Assembly (NCBI RefSeq): GCF_009914755.1
Contig: NC_060929.1
Direction: 5' to 3' (one strand)
Origin: the human T2T-CHM13v2.0 reference genome, Homo sapiens
DNA length: 64,000 bases
Part shown: positions 39,306 to 56,039 of the stretch, in pieces
Position numbering within the stretch: position 1 is the first letter of the stretch
Layout: each line of letters begins with the position of its first letter
Program-made: the position numbers and the translations under genes
Notes under the pieces: generated by a model
Seen by the model: only the letters and a program-made list of their open reading frames with translations
What the model was told of the DNA's origin: nothing
Databases searched by the model: none

Positions 39306-40070
39306 TGAAACGGGAGAGTTCCCTGACCCCCACCCCCCCCCCATTGCAGGACGTGCAACAGGGGTATAACTTGTCTGTTTGGCTGTTGTGCACTCAAACC
39401 CCTTACAGGAGGGGGAGCATGCAGACAGGTAGGTGCAGGAGCCAGGGCAAGTGATTTTGGGCTCTGGCCCCATGGTAGCATCTACAGGTGGGTGCCTGTG
39501 ACATCTGAAGCCCCAGTGGGCATGTTACAGTGCTCTTTTAGCTCTTCTGTTCACAGACGGTTTAAGTGTTAACCAGCTCAGTGCCCTCTTGGTACTTGGG
39601 TTCTTGTCCAGCGTCCAGGAAGAATCAGGTCACACGGACATACTAAAGGATGGTGAATGTGGGGAATATTATTGCATTGCCAATGGAGATGACTTTCAGC
39701 CACGACTGGGATGGATGGGGAGCTGGAAAGGGGATGGAGTGGGAATATGATCTTCCCATGGCCAATCTCTTCTCCAACTGTCCCCAGCAGAACTCCTCTC
39801 AAAGTTCAGACATTCCTTCTCTACTGTCCTTCTCTGCTGCACCACTCTGCTGCTCTTCTGCTCTTCCGTTCATCTGCTTGTGGAGCCTTGGGTTTGGGGT
39901 TTATATGGGTACAGGGACTGTGGCGCGTAGAGGGCCAAAAGGCAACATTTGAGCACAAAAACAGGAAGGCCTGTTCTCATTTAGAGCTGCCAGTTTCCAG
40001 GCTGGAGGGTGGAGCGTTTGCTGGAGAACCGCCTTCTTCTACCAAGTATTTCCGTTTCCTGTCTTTATCA
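39306..40070 (-). mobile_element. ERV1 solo LTR (LTR27/MER61/LTR28 group, tentative)
   Basis: TG...CA termini; 4-bp TSD ATTC at 39302-39305 and 40071-40074; the minus strand starts tgataaagacaggaaacggaaatacttggtagaagaaggcggttc. Confidence 0.85.
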
Positions 40071-40645
40071 ATTCTATAGGGCACTGAAGTAAATGACAAA
40101 TGCAATGAACTCTATAGTCTTCAATGAGCCAAAAGCATAACAGTTACTAGTTGTAACATTCAAGAGGATATTGGATGCTTTTTCTCCTTTTTCTATACCG
40201 TAAGGTGCTACTCTTTCATGGAAATGTAAGTAGAGATAAAAATGTAAATAGAGATGTTTATAAGGCATATAAACATATTATATTTCCTAGTTCAGTATCT
40301 ACAGATTGAGACTTAAGTTTCAAAACAGTGAACAATAATTCTGTCTTTTTCAGTATCAGTGTCATAAATTGCCAATATAACCATGTATGAATGACTACTG
40401 ATAATAGTCATTAGACTAGTCTAATGTCATAAAGATGGCAAATGGCAGAACCAGAATTCCAACCCAAGGTTATTATTTCATTCTGGACCATCTTCGTCAG
40501 ATGGTTTGTGACCATTGTCAGTTGGCTAGTAATTGCCCATAGAAGAGTATTTACCCCACAGTAACTGACTTGTACTCAAAAACAAGTTATGTCTTTTCAG
40601 CAATTATGTGTATGTGAGTATTTTTTGAATACTAGAAGATATTTA

Positions 40646-41060
<415 letters not shown>

Positions 41061-42569
41061 TGAAGTTTGAATTTAGAATGTTTGCTGTGCTGATGAGGAA
41101 TTGGGCAGGTGCATGAGAGCTCTGAGTTTGAGTCTCACTGAAATCTTAGGTGGGAGGATGAAGATCGCTGTGTATAAATTTCCAGAGAGATGCTCCAATT
41201 CACTGCTGAATAAATGGGAACCAGAGCTGCCTCAGGGGACTTAATGACAATTTCTCATCTTCATTGATTGTGTCAGATTTAATTGCTGACTCAGAGGAAA
41301 TATTTGTTCTTAGGAGACTTGCTGCCTATCAGGAATGAGTTGAAGAGTTCTAGCCCTGAGGAAAAGTTTATGTGAGCTGAAGAAAAGATGCTTTAGAGAG
41401 AGAGAGAGAGAGAATGTGCATTGTTTTCTTTTCTTTTTTCACCCTCTCTCATAAAGGGAGTAGGGCAATGTTAAGCAGGTAAACCCTAATACCATCTACA
41501 ACCTCGTATTACCATAGAGTATATCTTCGACAAGTATATAGATAGCCTCTTTGTACAGATGAGTAATAAAGAAATTCACATCTGTTGTAATCTAATCATC
41601 TATCTGGATACACAGTTTTTATAACAGGAAGGGGCAAAAAGTAAAATCCCTTAATGATGAATTGCTGATGTGAGCCTGTATCACGAATACCATATTAGGT
41701 TTTTCTTTTTAATGTTTCTTGCTATTTAGTATTACTTATAGAAGTCTTTGAATTTTCATTATAACATTAAGGGTGAAGAGCTATAAATGCACTCACCTCA
41801 GCAAAGAAAACCAAAATATTTATAAATTTATTTTCAGAAATTAAAGACAGAACCCTGGAACTGCACAACAGGCCTGACTGTATTAACTTATAGGAGATTA
41901 TGGTAAATTTCTATTGTAGGAAATAATTGGATATTGTTTCAGCTTTCAAATCTGTTTCATTAGTATTAGCAAGAGATTAATTTCTCTCTAAGTAAATTTT
42001 CTGAAAAAAAGCACTTCACTATGCATTTGTTGAAAATGTGCTGAACTATTCCAATTTAATTGAGATAATCAGCATGCATAGTATGTACAGTTAAATCTAA
42101 CTTATGGTCCATAACTTTTCCAATAAAGTGTCTCAAGTTCACTACATGACATTGATGTGTTTACCGTGGGAAAGTTTTAAAGCACCGTTCTCAAAAAATA
42201 TTTCACATCTCTCTAGTTTGGATATTCACACATTACTAGAGGTGTTTAAGTTGCAAGTGATGTCAAGTACAATTTGTCTAATATCGGTCCTAAGCAGAGA
42301 TGTTCTCCACATTTGATGTTAGGTGCTAATGCATAGCCAGAACTCTGATTTGGTGAATGTTCACATATATGACTATTTAAGCATTCTAATATGGCTTTTT
42401 TCCCATGTAACGGAGTTTCTGGAATAGTGTGAGATGCTATTAAAGATGAATGTATCTTATTTTGTTTTGTTAAAACAATCAACAGCTCACACACTCTCTC
42501 GAAGTCACCTTTTCTTCCTATCCTTAAGTGAGGGGGAGAGATGGGGCAAAGGAGAATCATGAGCTGAAC

Positions 42570-43095
<526 letters not shown>

Positions 43096-44219
43096 AGGGC
43101 ACATGACTGAATATTGATTCTGGTTCCTAATGATACTGACCCAAATGTAATCTTCCTTAAGAAAAAAGACCTAATGGTGACTGACTTCAGGTTTAGACTT
43201 CCCCCTCTCCCCCCTCAGTCTGGCTTTATCATCTACTCTTCACACTATATGAAGTCATTACAATCTTCTTGAAGAGGAGATAAAGCTCGTTCCTACGAAT
43301 ATGGTTTCCCTTATGTGGCCCACTGCTCTCTGAAAGGTCCTAAGGATAGTTTGCTATTTCAATGTCCAGAGATAGCTGAATTCCTCCTCCTCCACTCCTT
43401 GTTCCTCTATAGCACACTTCCCAAGCATGGGCTCACGAACTCTCCTCCCTACTTGTGTTGTCAAACACAGCCTCACTGCTTCAAGTTCAATTGGGTGTTA
43501 GAGACACATGTCATACCTATAGCTAACCTCATAGTCCTACAATGTCTAATATACATAACAGAAAAGTAAATTGAATTAAGGCAGTCCAAAAATCTACATG
43601 TGTCTCAATGCATACAATGAAACAAATTTATGTGTGCTACTGTTTTCCAGGTTTCTCATTCATTGCAATTATCATAGTGGCTGATATCTTGCACCATGAT
43701 AACATCTTTTGAGGAATATAATTTTATTGATAACTAAACATAGTTTTATTATGCCTGATAGTTAAAAATACTTAAAATATAGTAAAGTTTTCATTTATAA
43801 ATGTGTGGACATTCAATATTCCAAAAATATTATTTTTAATGGAAAATGATTTTTCCAAAGTGTATCTTTAACTTTGTTTTGTAGGAACATAAATTACTTA
43901 TTCAAGTAATTTGTATAAGTAATACAAATTTGGCCGAGTTCTGACTTAGTTTGTAAACTGTTACTAATGATTTTCTCACGTAAGCAAGGTCTCCCCACGT
44001 ACTAATACTGTGTATAAGGAGGCTCCAACTGCACAGTGATTCACCTGAAGTAGTTCGGACTTCGGGTGCTTTGCTGATTTTAGCCATATGTCATACACTA
44101 TAATCAAGGCATGCAGCATACAACGAAACATAAGTTGCCCAGCCAAATTGGAGGAAATGAATCCTAATTTTGGATTCAGCAGTAAGTTTAATAAACTTGG
44201 TCCTTAAAGCTAGACTCAC

Positions 44220-44595
44220 TGTTATGGCTTGGTAGTATCCCCGCTGAAATCTCATCTTGAATTCTAATCTCCATAATCCCCAAGTGTTAAGGGAGTAACC
44301 TGGAGAGAGGTGATTGGAACATGGGGGTGGTTTCTCCCATGCTGTTCTCGCGATAGTGAGTGAGTTCTCACAAGATCTGATGGTTTTATAAGTGTTTGAC
44401 AGTTCCACCCTCACATGCTCACAGTCTCTCCTACCGCCTTGTGAGGAAGGTGACTGCTTCCCCTTCAGCCATGATTGAAAGTTACCTGAGGCCTCCCCAG
44501 TCGTGTGGAACTGTGAGTCCATTAAACCTCCTTTGCTTATAAATTACCCAGTCTCAGGTAGTATCTTTACAGCAGCGTGAGAATGGACTAATATA
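44220..44595 (+). mobile_element. MaLR solo LTR (THE1D/MST-like)
   Basis: tgttatggcttgg...aaatctcatcttgaatt...gactaatata; TSD CTCAC on both sides. Confidence 0.9.
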
Positions 44596-45053
44596 CTCAC
44601 CTTAGGTAAAATAAAATTTACAATAACAAATGAAGGTAAGATAGGTCATTATTACTCTTGTTTGAGAAAAAAAAAAAACAGTAACCTTGTGCCATTTCAG
44701 AGGGATCTTCAAAGATGCCTTTTAAATTATCCCACATAGAAGCCCTTCTAAATTTCACGAACCCAGAGAAAGATATTTGTTCCTTTCCATATTTGTTACA
44801 GTGAAAATAGGACTGGAATTATGATGAAAATAAGAACATATTTTATAGAACACCGTGATACTGAATAAGCTAAATTAAAATTTTATGTGGTAGGTTAGTC
44901 TACTAGCCCTGCTTGATTTATGTATATGGTAGAAAATTTCATACAATATAACATTTAGGTATGTATATTATAGTAGATTAAGTATTTGGTTACCTCATAT
45001 ATTTGTGGATATTTCTGGAGAAATGTTCGCTAGCACCTTGATCAGAAGTATAA

Positions 45054-45393
<340 letters not shown>

Positions 45394-47460
45394 TAGAGAA
45401 AGTTTTCTGGAAGGATGGCCCATGATGAGCACAAACAGAACTTCTAGGAATTCTTGAGTTTTCAGAAACAGTAATATTAGTCTACTTTGCAACACTAGAA
45501 TGTCTGTGCATGCTACTCTTAGAAGTTAAGCATAAGGTGAATTTTAATAATTAGAAATGGGAAAAGGAGGAAAAACAAAACTTCAGGTGTTCAGAAACTG
45601 TCCATCATGTGTTGAAAATGGGAATGAAGTAATGAAGTGCTCTGTAATACATTTACATATATTTTTGATAGCAAGAATAATGTGCCTATGAGGGCATCAT
45701 TATTATTTTTTCCATAAGTCTTAGAAAGGGGAAACCAAAAATTTGCAGAGCTTAGAAAGCTAGCAGGCAAAGTTGTGTTTAATTCTATTCTAAAATTTAT
45801 AGCAATTCTCTTTTTATGATGGAACCAACCATCAAATACCAATATGTACTTCTCTGATACCACTTTCTCTCTTAGACAATTTATAAGAACCTTTATATTG
45901 AATCATTGATTCTCAAATGAAATATGTGCTGTATGTATCCCAGCTTTTTATTTGTAGTATTCAAATAATTCAGCAGTTTTAACATGTGATATGCACAGGA
46001 AGAGAAAGCACAGTATCATTAAAAAATGTGACACTTCTGTGATAGAAGACATTTCTATTGTACTCAATTGAAGGTCTACCTTTCCCATGTTCAAATGATG
46101 CCACTTGTAAACATCTCTGTCTTCCTGAATAATGTGTAATTAAGTGTATTTTAATTCTAACTTTGTTTTCCTATATTTAAAAGAAGTACCTTTAGATTTA
46201 CATAGAAACTTTAAATACTATCTTAATAAAACTATTCTGTGGGATACGCTACATGGAGTGCTTAATCTTGAAACAGATAAAAAGTAAAGTTTGTGGGTTT
46301 TCTTTTCATCTGAAGTTAGGCTGATAAGAAGATCATCAAACTAGGGATTAGTCCTAACGCTGCATCAAAATGCATATTTTCATGTCTATGTAATTAGGTT
46401 TTAATAAACATGTTTGATGGTTACTTAAAAAACATATTTTTCAATGCAGAAATGGCATCTTGTAAACTACAGTATAAAGAGACTTTTGCAAGACTATTTG
46501 TTTTTTAATTACAGCCTGATTATGATAAGCATTTGTTATTTTCCCAAGTAAAGATTAAATTAATGTTATAAATCAATTTTCTAAATTTAGGCTTAAATGC
46601 AATATGTTAGACACAACTCTGGATGTCTGCTATAGTAAATTATGGCTTTTCCGACATTTTCTAGAATATTTGTTATTGTGTATAACCTTTTAATTGTGGC
46701 CACAGTTTTTAAAGTGCTTATGAAGTTTCTAATGCAAGTGTTTGGTTTAATGAGTCATTAGCCATTAACAAATCATTTCTGCAGTTACTTTTCTGATTGC
46801 AATTTAGGATTTTATTTAATTCTTTTTCCTTTACATTTTTATTTATAATCCATTTTTATTAGCAATTGAAATCCTAGATTTTTTTTTCAGAAAAATAAGA
46901 CATGAGATGAGGATTTTTTAGCTGTGTGTGTTTATTAAAAGAAACTAAATAATGGAGACAGCATGGGAGTAGTCATACCTTGCATCTTACGTTTATTGTT
47001 CTGAACAAGAAATTTCTTACCTTTCAGAAAAATTGCAAATGTGTTTTGTTTCATCATAATCTTATAAATTTACCATGTTAGTAGTGTCCACTATCTTCCT
47101 TTATCTTTTCTCTATGCACATATAATATTTTCCAGATATAACTCACTTCAAATAATTTCTCTTTACGAGTTGAATAAAGTCCTTTTATATCCACAATAAA
47201 ATGTTGCAATGATCAGCAAGCCTCAAATAGTTTATTGGAAAAAGATCACTTGTGTCAATCATTTCCAAATAGGAAGTTTTCAGAATGAAATGGAACCATT
47301 TGGACAGTCAGGATTTCTACCATAATGAAGCTTTAATAAGCCAGTAATAGAAGGTTTTGCAGCAATAGATGATGACCCAGACATAAATCACATTACTAGA
47401 TCTTAAGCAGGAAGTTATGTTTGTCTATACTGACAAATATAATTGCCTATATTTTGTGAC

Positions 47461-47523
47461 TCCAGTTCAATTATAGATCACCATTTTACTTCCAGTTCAA
47501 TTATAAATCATCATTTTACTTCC
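47461..47523. repeat. 30-bp tandem duplication (2 copies, 2 mismatches)
   Basis: tccagttcaattata(g/a)atca(c/t)cattttact repeated twice. Confidence 0.95.
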
Positions 47524-47596
47524 TAATATGTCAGTAGAACCTTTGAAATTGTAACATGATTCTGAAATTCAAAACTACAGAGAGGTATGGGCAATG

Positions 47597-47601
<5 letters not shown>

Positions 47602-47646
<45 letters not shown>
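47602..47646. repeat. T45 homopolymer with no attached retroelement
   Basis: Counted directly. Confidence 0.95.
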
Positions 47647-47649
<3 letters not shown>

Positions 47650-48069
47650 TATGGAAGGCTATTTTCCTCAAAATCTATTTGCAATTAATTTAGTCTGGCT
47701 TTTATTTTTGCTTTTAAATTTAGAAAAATAGATTCTTTCTGAACTGTAGGATTAAGGAAAGCATTATAATAATATTTTCTCACTAATCCTTGGAAGTAAT
47801 GGTCTGTTCCATGGAGGTGGAACTTGAAGAAGTTCCTCCTCTACTCAATGATCTGAAAGAGGCCAAATCAAGACCCTGGTATGCTGTCATACATATCACA
47901 TGCCTGGTCATGGAGTTGTGGAGGCTGAGGCAAGCAACACAAGCGAGGTAGCCATTTACAATTCAGAAGAAAAGGATCCTGCAATAGCATCCAGAAACTG
48001 TTCATTCTTTAAAAATGACTTATAGAGACCCATTGAAGGAGGTCTGTCATCTATATAGGGTTTGGCAGC

Positions 48070-48245
48070 TTAGTATGGAAATTTGATGAAAGAGCAATTG
48101 AATGATAGCCAAAGGGTCTGTGTTCTTTCTCTCCAGCCTCATTAGATAACTGAGTGGTTTTAAATCAGTCTTTAGAATCCCTGGACCTTAGTTTTCTCAT
48201 CTGTCAAATAATGAAAGATAGTTTAAAAAATAAAAGTCTGAAATC
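48070..48245 (+). mobile_element. MIR fragment
   Basis: ctggaccttagttttctcatctgtcaaat. Confidence 0.6.
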
Positions 48246-50849
48246 CTGAATCTGCAAGACTGCGGCTTCTCTGGCGAGGATCCCCTAACTTAGAAAGCAA
48301 GTAATCTATATTATGAAGGAAGATGTGGCTACTTTATGACATGCCCTTGCTTCCCATCTCTACATATTCATGAGAATTCTTCCTTGCTCTGTTGTACACT
48401 GAAGGGAGACTAAGGTCCTTATGAGTTAGATCTACAAGTACAATCATTTTGTTTCCCTTTGGCTAGGAGCTAACATTCTTTCCCAAGCTATGGCTGTGTA
48501 ATTAAGTAGAGTTCTCTGAATATTTGTAAAAGAGGAATAATCTGTAGCAGTTTTCTAAAAAGGAATAAAATAAAAATAAAAAGCATGGTAATGGAGAAGA
48601 AGGAGTTAATACAATAACAAAACTCTAAGAATAAAAGTAACGAAAGGTACAATAATGTAAGAATTCAAGTTTAATCAGGTACGCTGAAGTGGCAATCTTC
48701 AATAAAAAAAATCAGTTCTGAAGAATACAGAATATTAAATTTGATAAGATAATTGCAATTTTATTATTTCAAGATAGTTGTCATCTCTTAGAAGTGTCAA
48801 ATAATTACCATACACATTCAACAGAACAGCGTGGCAGACTATATAATACGAATGTGTCCTATGACATTCCCACAGCTCTTGTTAGACAGGTAGGTGTGTG
48901 GTGATAGACGCAGAAGTATGGTATCTACATCAGTGCAAAAAGTCAAGAGAGGCTTTACGTTGAAAATCTGGAGAGGGGAAAAATGTAATCTCCAATTCAC
49001 AGCATTGCAGTATAGTGGAAAAAGAACTAGATTAAGTGTCAAGAGGCTGTGGATTGAGTCCTGGCAGTGTGGTATAAGGTAAATCCTTTTCTTTCTCTGA
49101 GCCTTCTTTTTGAGAATCTCTTCCTTGGTATGCAACGCCATTGCCAGTTAAGCTGGCTTGAGCCCCAGGTTGCTCGCCTATCTTTTGCTCCTTAGACCAT
49201 TAGTGGTTTCTGGAAGTTAATGGTAATCCAGCCAAATTGAGAGTAGAGGCTCCTGTTTTTCACTAGTCTCCCTTTAACTTCCAGAACAGACACTTCCTGC
49301 AATTTTTGTTTCCACTGAAGACATCCAATTTGGAAATTCCACTTCCAGCTCTCTGTGGCCCTCATTTGATCATGCACCTTTTAAAAATGAGAGTTGTGAG
49401 AGAGAACCTTAAAGGAAACATCTTAAAAGTTAGCTCCCTGAAGGGTTTTCACCAAGTTAAGTTTCCCTTTTATACCCATTATTGGAAATTATAGCCAGTG
49501 TTTTAAGTGTAAAGTAAAATACTCTTCTTAAGCCTCCTTTCACAAGCCTACTATTTTTCTAGCCGCAATAGTTTAATTTTGTTTTGACAGTGGCTAGAAC
49601 ACTAGAAATTGTTGGGTTTTTATTTTATAGTAATGACTGTCCTGAATGACTAATTTTCACTGCTATCCATCATGCCTAAAATTGGCTGGTTTGCTTGGCT
49701 GAGGATGTTATACATCAGTTCAGGAACAGAAAAGGTCTTGCCTTTGTTGCCTTAGAGTGACCGGGAAAGAAAATGGTGGTGGTGACAGGGAAGTAATGGC
49801 TTCTTCCCTTTCCCTCGTATCTCTAGTGTTCCATTTATCTTCATATAAAGGCTTTATCTGAAGAAAAATTAAAAGTTAGAAAAAAAACCTTCGTGCTAAA
49901 CAGACAGTTTAATTGGTTCTGCTATTTTTGGAAACTGAAAGATAAATGCTACGTGTGAAGTTAATAAACCATAATTGGAATTTGCTTAAGAGCATTCTTT
50001 CATTCCACATGGACTCATACACTTCAGGAAGCCAAAAGACCTAGCTGGGCCTTAGGAATACATAAGCCCCTTTCCCAAGAACAGCTGTGACTTTCAGTGT
50101 GACCTTGAGGAATTTAATAACTTTTCTATGTCCCCACTGGACAATAAACAAATTGGGGTGGGAATTGAAAAACTAAAAACAAATACACTCAGTTAAAAAA
50201 AAAGAAACTGGAAACTTTTTCAGTTCTTGGATGATAACACTATCGTGTGTGTTGACATTTGCCATTTTCCCAGCTCTGTGTAGTGCTTTTTTCCACAAAA
50301 AGACTTTGATATTTTTATGATTAATTTTTGTGTTATGTACATACCTATGTAGGCTTATCATTGTGAGCATAACTGCCCTTTAGGTTTTACATGTTATCTA
50401 GATCTGAATGTCATGCCATCCAAATTATTTGACAAACATAATCACTCTTACTCTTATTGATGTTAACAATACTGTTTTTTTGTCATTGTTTCTTTACTGG
50501 TTATATATGTGGAGAGAAATGAATCTGATAGTCCCAGGCATGGTCTGGCACTTTCAGCATCATATAACTTTTCCCTAGACATATTTAAACTTGAGCTAAA
50601 TAGCACATTTCTTTAAAGAACCAAGGACGAAGGAAAGTTCATTCTCATTCTGAATTTTTAAAAATATATTTGAAAATATCTTTTCAGCTATGCTTTTATT
50701 GCCGTATATTCTACCTGAATCTTTGAAAAGGAAAGAGTGGCTTATAGTTTTCGATCTGCTACTTGTTTCATAGAAATGCCTATATAATGGTGGTGAGATT
50801 GAGCAGATCGTAGAAGTGTTATTGTAGATTGTGAGGCAATGTCCAGTAG

Positions 50850-51205
50850 GGGGTTAGAGTAAGGACACTGAATCCAGAACAGGATCACATGTCAGTGCAG
50901 CTAGTTACTAATTGTGTGATATTGGACACATCTGTTTCCTTATTTAGAAAATTGGATCAAAATTGTACCTATCTTATGGATTGATGTGAGAATTTGATGA
51001 CCTGAGAATTTGTGGTTCAGGACTGGAGCAGTACCTGTACCATTAGATACTCAATGAGCATCATCAACTCAAGGGAAAATTGGAGCTTTGCAATGGGCCT
51101 GAGTTTTAATCCCAATTAGCATGCTTACTGTAAGCAGGTTCTCAAACTCTCTGATATTCAGTTTTCCATCTGTAATGATTTTTTCCTAGCAGGATTTATG
51201 GATTA
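50850..51205 (+). mobile_element. Two adjacent MIR fragments
   Basis: tactaattgtgtgatattggaca...gtacctatcttatggattg; ctctctgatattcagttttccatctgtaa. Confidence 0.6.
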
Positions 51206-51689
51206 GATTAAAAATCTAATCTAACCTAAAAATAAAGCTATTTCAAGGAAACGCCTACCCCACTTACCCAATGATGAAATTTTTTAAATAAAAATGTTTT
51301 TTGTCAAGTCCATTATGAAAACTTTTAGAGATGTAGATGAAGTTGTCAAGTATTTACTTACAGTCTAATTTATTAGTATAGTTATACAAGATTTTAACTA
51401 TATCATATATTTGCTCAAACTGTAACACAAATTTAATGAGATACTTTTGTTTAATTTTACATTCATATTCAATATCAACGTTTTTACCTAATATAGGTGT
51501 TCAGAGCTTTCATCTTCACCTCAGTCTGAGGGTTTGGGGATACAGCAGTTCATGAATTCATGTATGGTGTTCATTTTATTCCAATCCACAAGAACCTGTT
51601 ACAACTCTTACTTTTCCCATTCATCCAATAAGCAAATACTAATCTCCATGGTAGGTTTTATACTAGACTGTTTTTTTAAATAAGTAGAC

Positions 51690-52114
<425 letters not shown>

Positions 52115-52648
52115 TAATCAGTGAACCACCAAAAGTTTGCAAACCTAGTATATTTTTAGATGTTTCAGGCAGATATATCTCCTCCAAGTATATTATGTTG
52201 TGAAAAATAATAAAAATTGTCGGAGCTAACCATAAAAATTGAAAACACAAATATATGCAATATTTGTTTTCTAAGGTATATTTCCTTTGAGAAGGATTGA
52301 CCTTATACTTAGGTATATATAGAAATATGTTTAATGCACATAACATAACTTATACTGAAAATTATTGAATAATACCTTAACTGTTAAAGAATTAAATACG
52401 TTGAAGAATATCACATGTACCTAGAACAGCCTTCCTCAAAATTTGGGCTGCAAGGTATCTTTACACTCTTAGAAACTATTGACCCAAAGAAGTATTGTTT
52501 ATGTACATTATACCTGCCAATATTTACTGATTAAAAATAAAACTGAGAAATCATGAAAATATTTTATTTATTTATTTTAAAATAGCAATAAACCCATTAC
52601 ACAGTAACTTAAATAACATGTTTAAAAATTTATTTAAAAAGCATATAA

Positions 52649-53154
52649 TTTTTTTTTGTTTGTTTTTACTTTAAGTTCTGGGATACATGTGCTGAACGTG
52701 CGGGTTTGTTACACAGGTATACATGTGCCATGGTTGTTTGCTGCACCTGTCAACCCATCATCTAGGCTTTAAGCCCCGCATGCATTAGGTATTTGTCCTA
52801 ATGCTTTCCTTCCCCTTGCCCCACCCTGCCCCACAACTGGCCCCAGTGTGTGATGTTCCCCTCCCTGTCCCCATATGTTCTCATTGTTCAGCTCCCACTT
52901 ATGAGTGAGAACATGCAGTGTTTGGTTTTCTGTTCCTGAGTTAGTTTGCTGAGGATGATGACTTCCAGCTTCAGCCATGTCCCTGCAAAGGACATGAACT
53001 CATTCTTTGTTATGGCTGCATGGTATTCTATGGTGTATATGTGCCACATTTTCTTTATCCAGTCTATCATTGATGGGCATTTGGGTGGGTTCCAAGTCTT
53101 TGTATTGTAAATAGTGCTGAAAAAAAATACATGTACATGCGTCTTTATAGTAGA
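52649..53154 (-). mobile_element. L1PA (PA8-like) 3' end
   Basis: catctaggctttaagccccgcatgcattagg; ORF2 C-terminal remnant (WNPPKCPSMIDWIKKMWHIYT); TSD AAAAAGCATATAA at 52636-52648 and 53155-53167. Confidence 0.92.
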
Positions 53155-53760
53155 AAAAAGCATATAAATTTTTTAAAGTATTTAAGTGAGAAGAATAACA
53201 TTATTTTATTATTTCCCAAATATCTTTAATGTCTGACTTAATACAGTTGGGTTTGTTATTTTCGTTGAAGTATATGAAGAAAATCCAGCTTCATACAGAT
53301 ATATAGATTGAAAATGGAGATTTTTAAGAATAGCTTTTTCAGGTGATTATGGATATTCTTATTCGGTCTTACAAAAATTCCATTAGTGGTAGTTTCTTAA
53401 AGACTATTTACAGTGTAGAATCTTTTTGAAATCATATCAATGAACTTTTTGTACTAAAATCCATTGACTTTTCTTGCAGTTTCAATGGTCTTTTTCCTTG
53501 TGCATGGTCTTGTAACAGTACACTTTGGTCATTAGGAAAAATGTTGTTTCATTGAGGTATGAGGATCTTCCACATGTGGACACATTTCATTATAAAATGT
53601 CAAAAAATCATATTTGTAAATCACCATCAAGCTTATCAGAAAGGTCTTGAAGTGTTGGGAAACTATTGTGCTCATGATGGCAAACTGAAGTCTTACACAG
53701 GATGAATTTTTGCTTGAAAGCTTGAATTGAATCACTGGCAACAAATACTGATATAGCTGG

Positions 53761-54070
<310 letters not shown>

Positions 54071-54939
54071 AATAGCTGATTTCTTTAAAGTGACTAAGTC
54101 TCTTGATTTATTTTCTAGAGAATGTTAAATAGACTAGTCTGTATGGCCACAGTTGTCTTTCAGAGATTATTTTAGATAAAAATAATGTTCCATAAAAAAA
54201 GTGATGGTTCAGCTCAGAACTAAAACAATCATACAAATACTTTTCCTCAAGGCAACTATGATACTTTGGTTTCCAAACTAAAATGCTTTATGCATACTTC
54301 CCATTTGATCACAAAGAATATATTTTTTAAATGTACTCAAGGGCCAAGATTTAATAAAATTAATAATTTTTACTGCTTCGCCAAAAGCATTTTTCAGTGA
54401 AACTAGAATTTTTTTTTTCTGTGAGTGAATAGTAGTAAAAAAAAAAAAAAAAATACCATGACTAGTAAAACAATTTTCTGCTATGCCTTTGACTCGTGCT
54501 AAGGAACCAGCCGTTTTCCTCTTCACAAATGTCAACACAATGAAAAAGACAAAAATGCATAAACATTATAATAAAAATAGTTATGATCTCCAGGCCCTGT
54601 TGGCGGGTGGGGGGGAGGTCTCAGACTATGCTTGAGGAACCATTAACAGAGGAAATTGAATAAATAGTATTTGTATGTAATAATAATAGCTGACATCTAT
54701 TGTTTACATACAGTTTCACGTTATTGCATTGTTAAATGTTGTTATCTACAAAATAAGTTTGGTTACCAGTCACCTTTTTAGTATTCCTATTCAGTCACCA
54801 GTTTTCTCAAAGTGGTAATCTGCACTGGACCTTCATGTCAAAAGTGTTGATTGGTGAGGTTCTACTAGGCTTATTGGTAAGATATATTTTTAATATCACT
54901 TTTTCTTCCTTCTCCACTTTGCCCACCAAAAAAATAGAG

Positions 54940-54982
54940 GATAGATAGATGGATAGATGATAGACAGATAGACAGATAGATA
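54940..54982. repeat. (GATA)/(GACA) imperfect STR
   Basis: Seen directly. Confidence 0.8.
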
Positions 54983-56039
54983 ATATATTAAGATGGAAGG
55001 AGGAAAGGAGGGCAATAGGTGGGAAAGAAGGGAAGAAAAAAGCAACCAAGCAAGGAATGAAGAAAAAAAGAAGGAAGATATGAAAGAAGTAAGGAATTGA
55101 GATGAACAATAAAATGCTTGTTTTGAAGCTGAAGTTTAGTTAGGGAATTACGGTTCATTCAATTTAGTAGTTACTCATAATCACCTTGCTAAATTAAACC
55201 CAGGTGTAGTGAATGCTGTTGCATTAAATATATTTTCACATGCACTCAAACTGGGAAGAGCGAAACACCAGGAAAACATGAAGTTGCAGTGTGGTTCTTG
55301 TATATCGTTGAAGGACTGAAACAAACAAGGCTCAATGGCCATTTCTTTAAAAATACTGACTAATACTTTGAAGAAAATAAAACAATCCAAATGAAAACAT
55401 GGCTTGCAGGAGCTGCTTCTGTTTCCTCATCTTCTTTTCTGTTTGCTTTTACATAGAAGAGTACAGCTGTGGTTTAACTCATTGTGATAAAACTGCTAAA
55501 CATGTGCCTGTAACTGAACTCCAGGAGAAAACTCTGCCAGGAAACTGTCTCCTAATGATACAATCTGCATATTTTAATGATGCTGGAAATGTAGGAAACG
55601 GCATAGACTCTGGACTCTGCTCATTCTGGGCTTTTTCCCCTCCTTGTAGCTTGTGCATTGTTTGCCTTCATTAACATATGATAACTGGAAATGGGTTTCC
55701 TATCACCATCCACCAGCCGGATATGGCTTGACATTTTCAGAGTTCAGATGAAATACTTGTAACCTTTCTGGGGTTACTCTATATTGGACTTATTTTAATG
55801 ATGTCCATTCCATCAATGAGAAGCTGGCATGGCCACTGTTTTAAATAGCACAAAAGAAAAGTTATGTCTCACTACAAAAAAGCACAGCTATGGAAGATAT
55901 TAGTAGCAAACCATTTTTAAAACATTTTGCACCTTCCTCTCTCGCTTTTATGATATGACTTCTCGGTTTTGCATTTTTCTTTGCTCCAACCTCAAGTGCC
56001 TTGTTCTCTTACTCTTACTTTATCTTAGCCCCACCCCTT

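Noticed and set aside
40391-40426. 18-bp perfect palindrome CATTAGACTAGTCTAATG with an adjacent 7-bp stem
   Set aside because: A 9-bp-arm palindrome is not unexpected in 64 kb of AT-rich DNA.
52888-53163. 91-aa ORF with L1 ORF2 similarity
   Set aside because: Remnant in a 0.5-kb truncated L1, not a gene.
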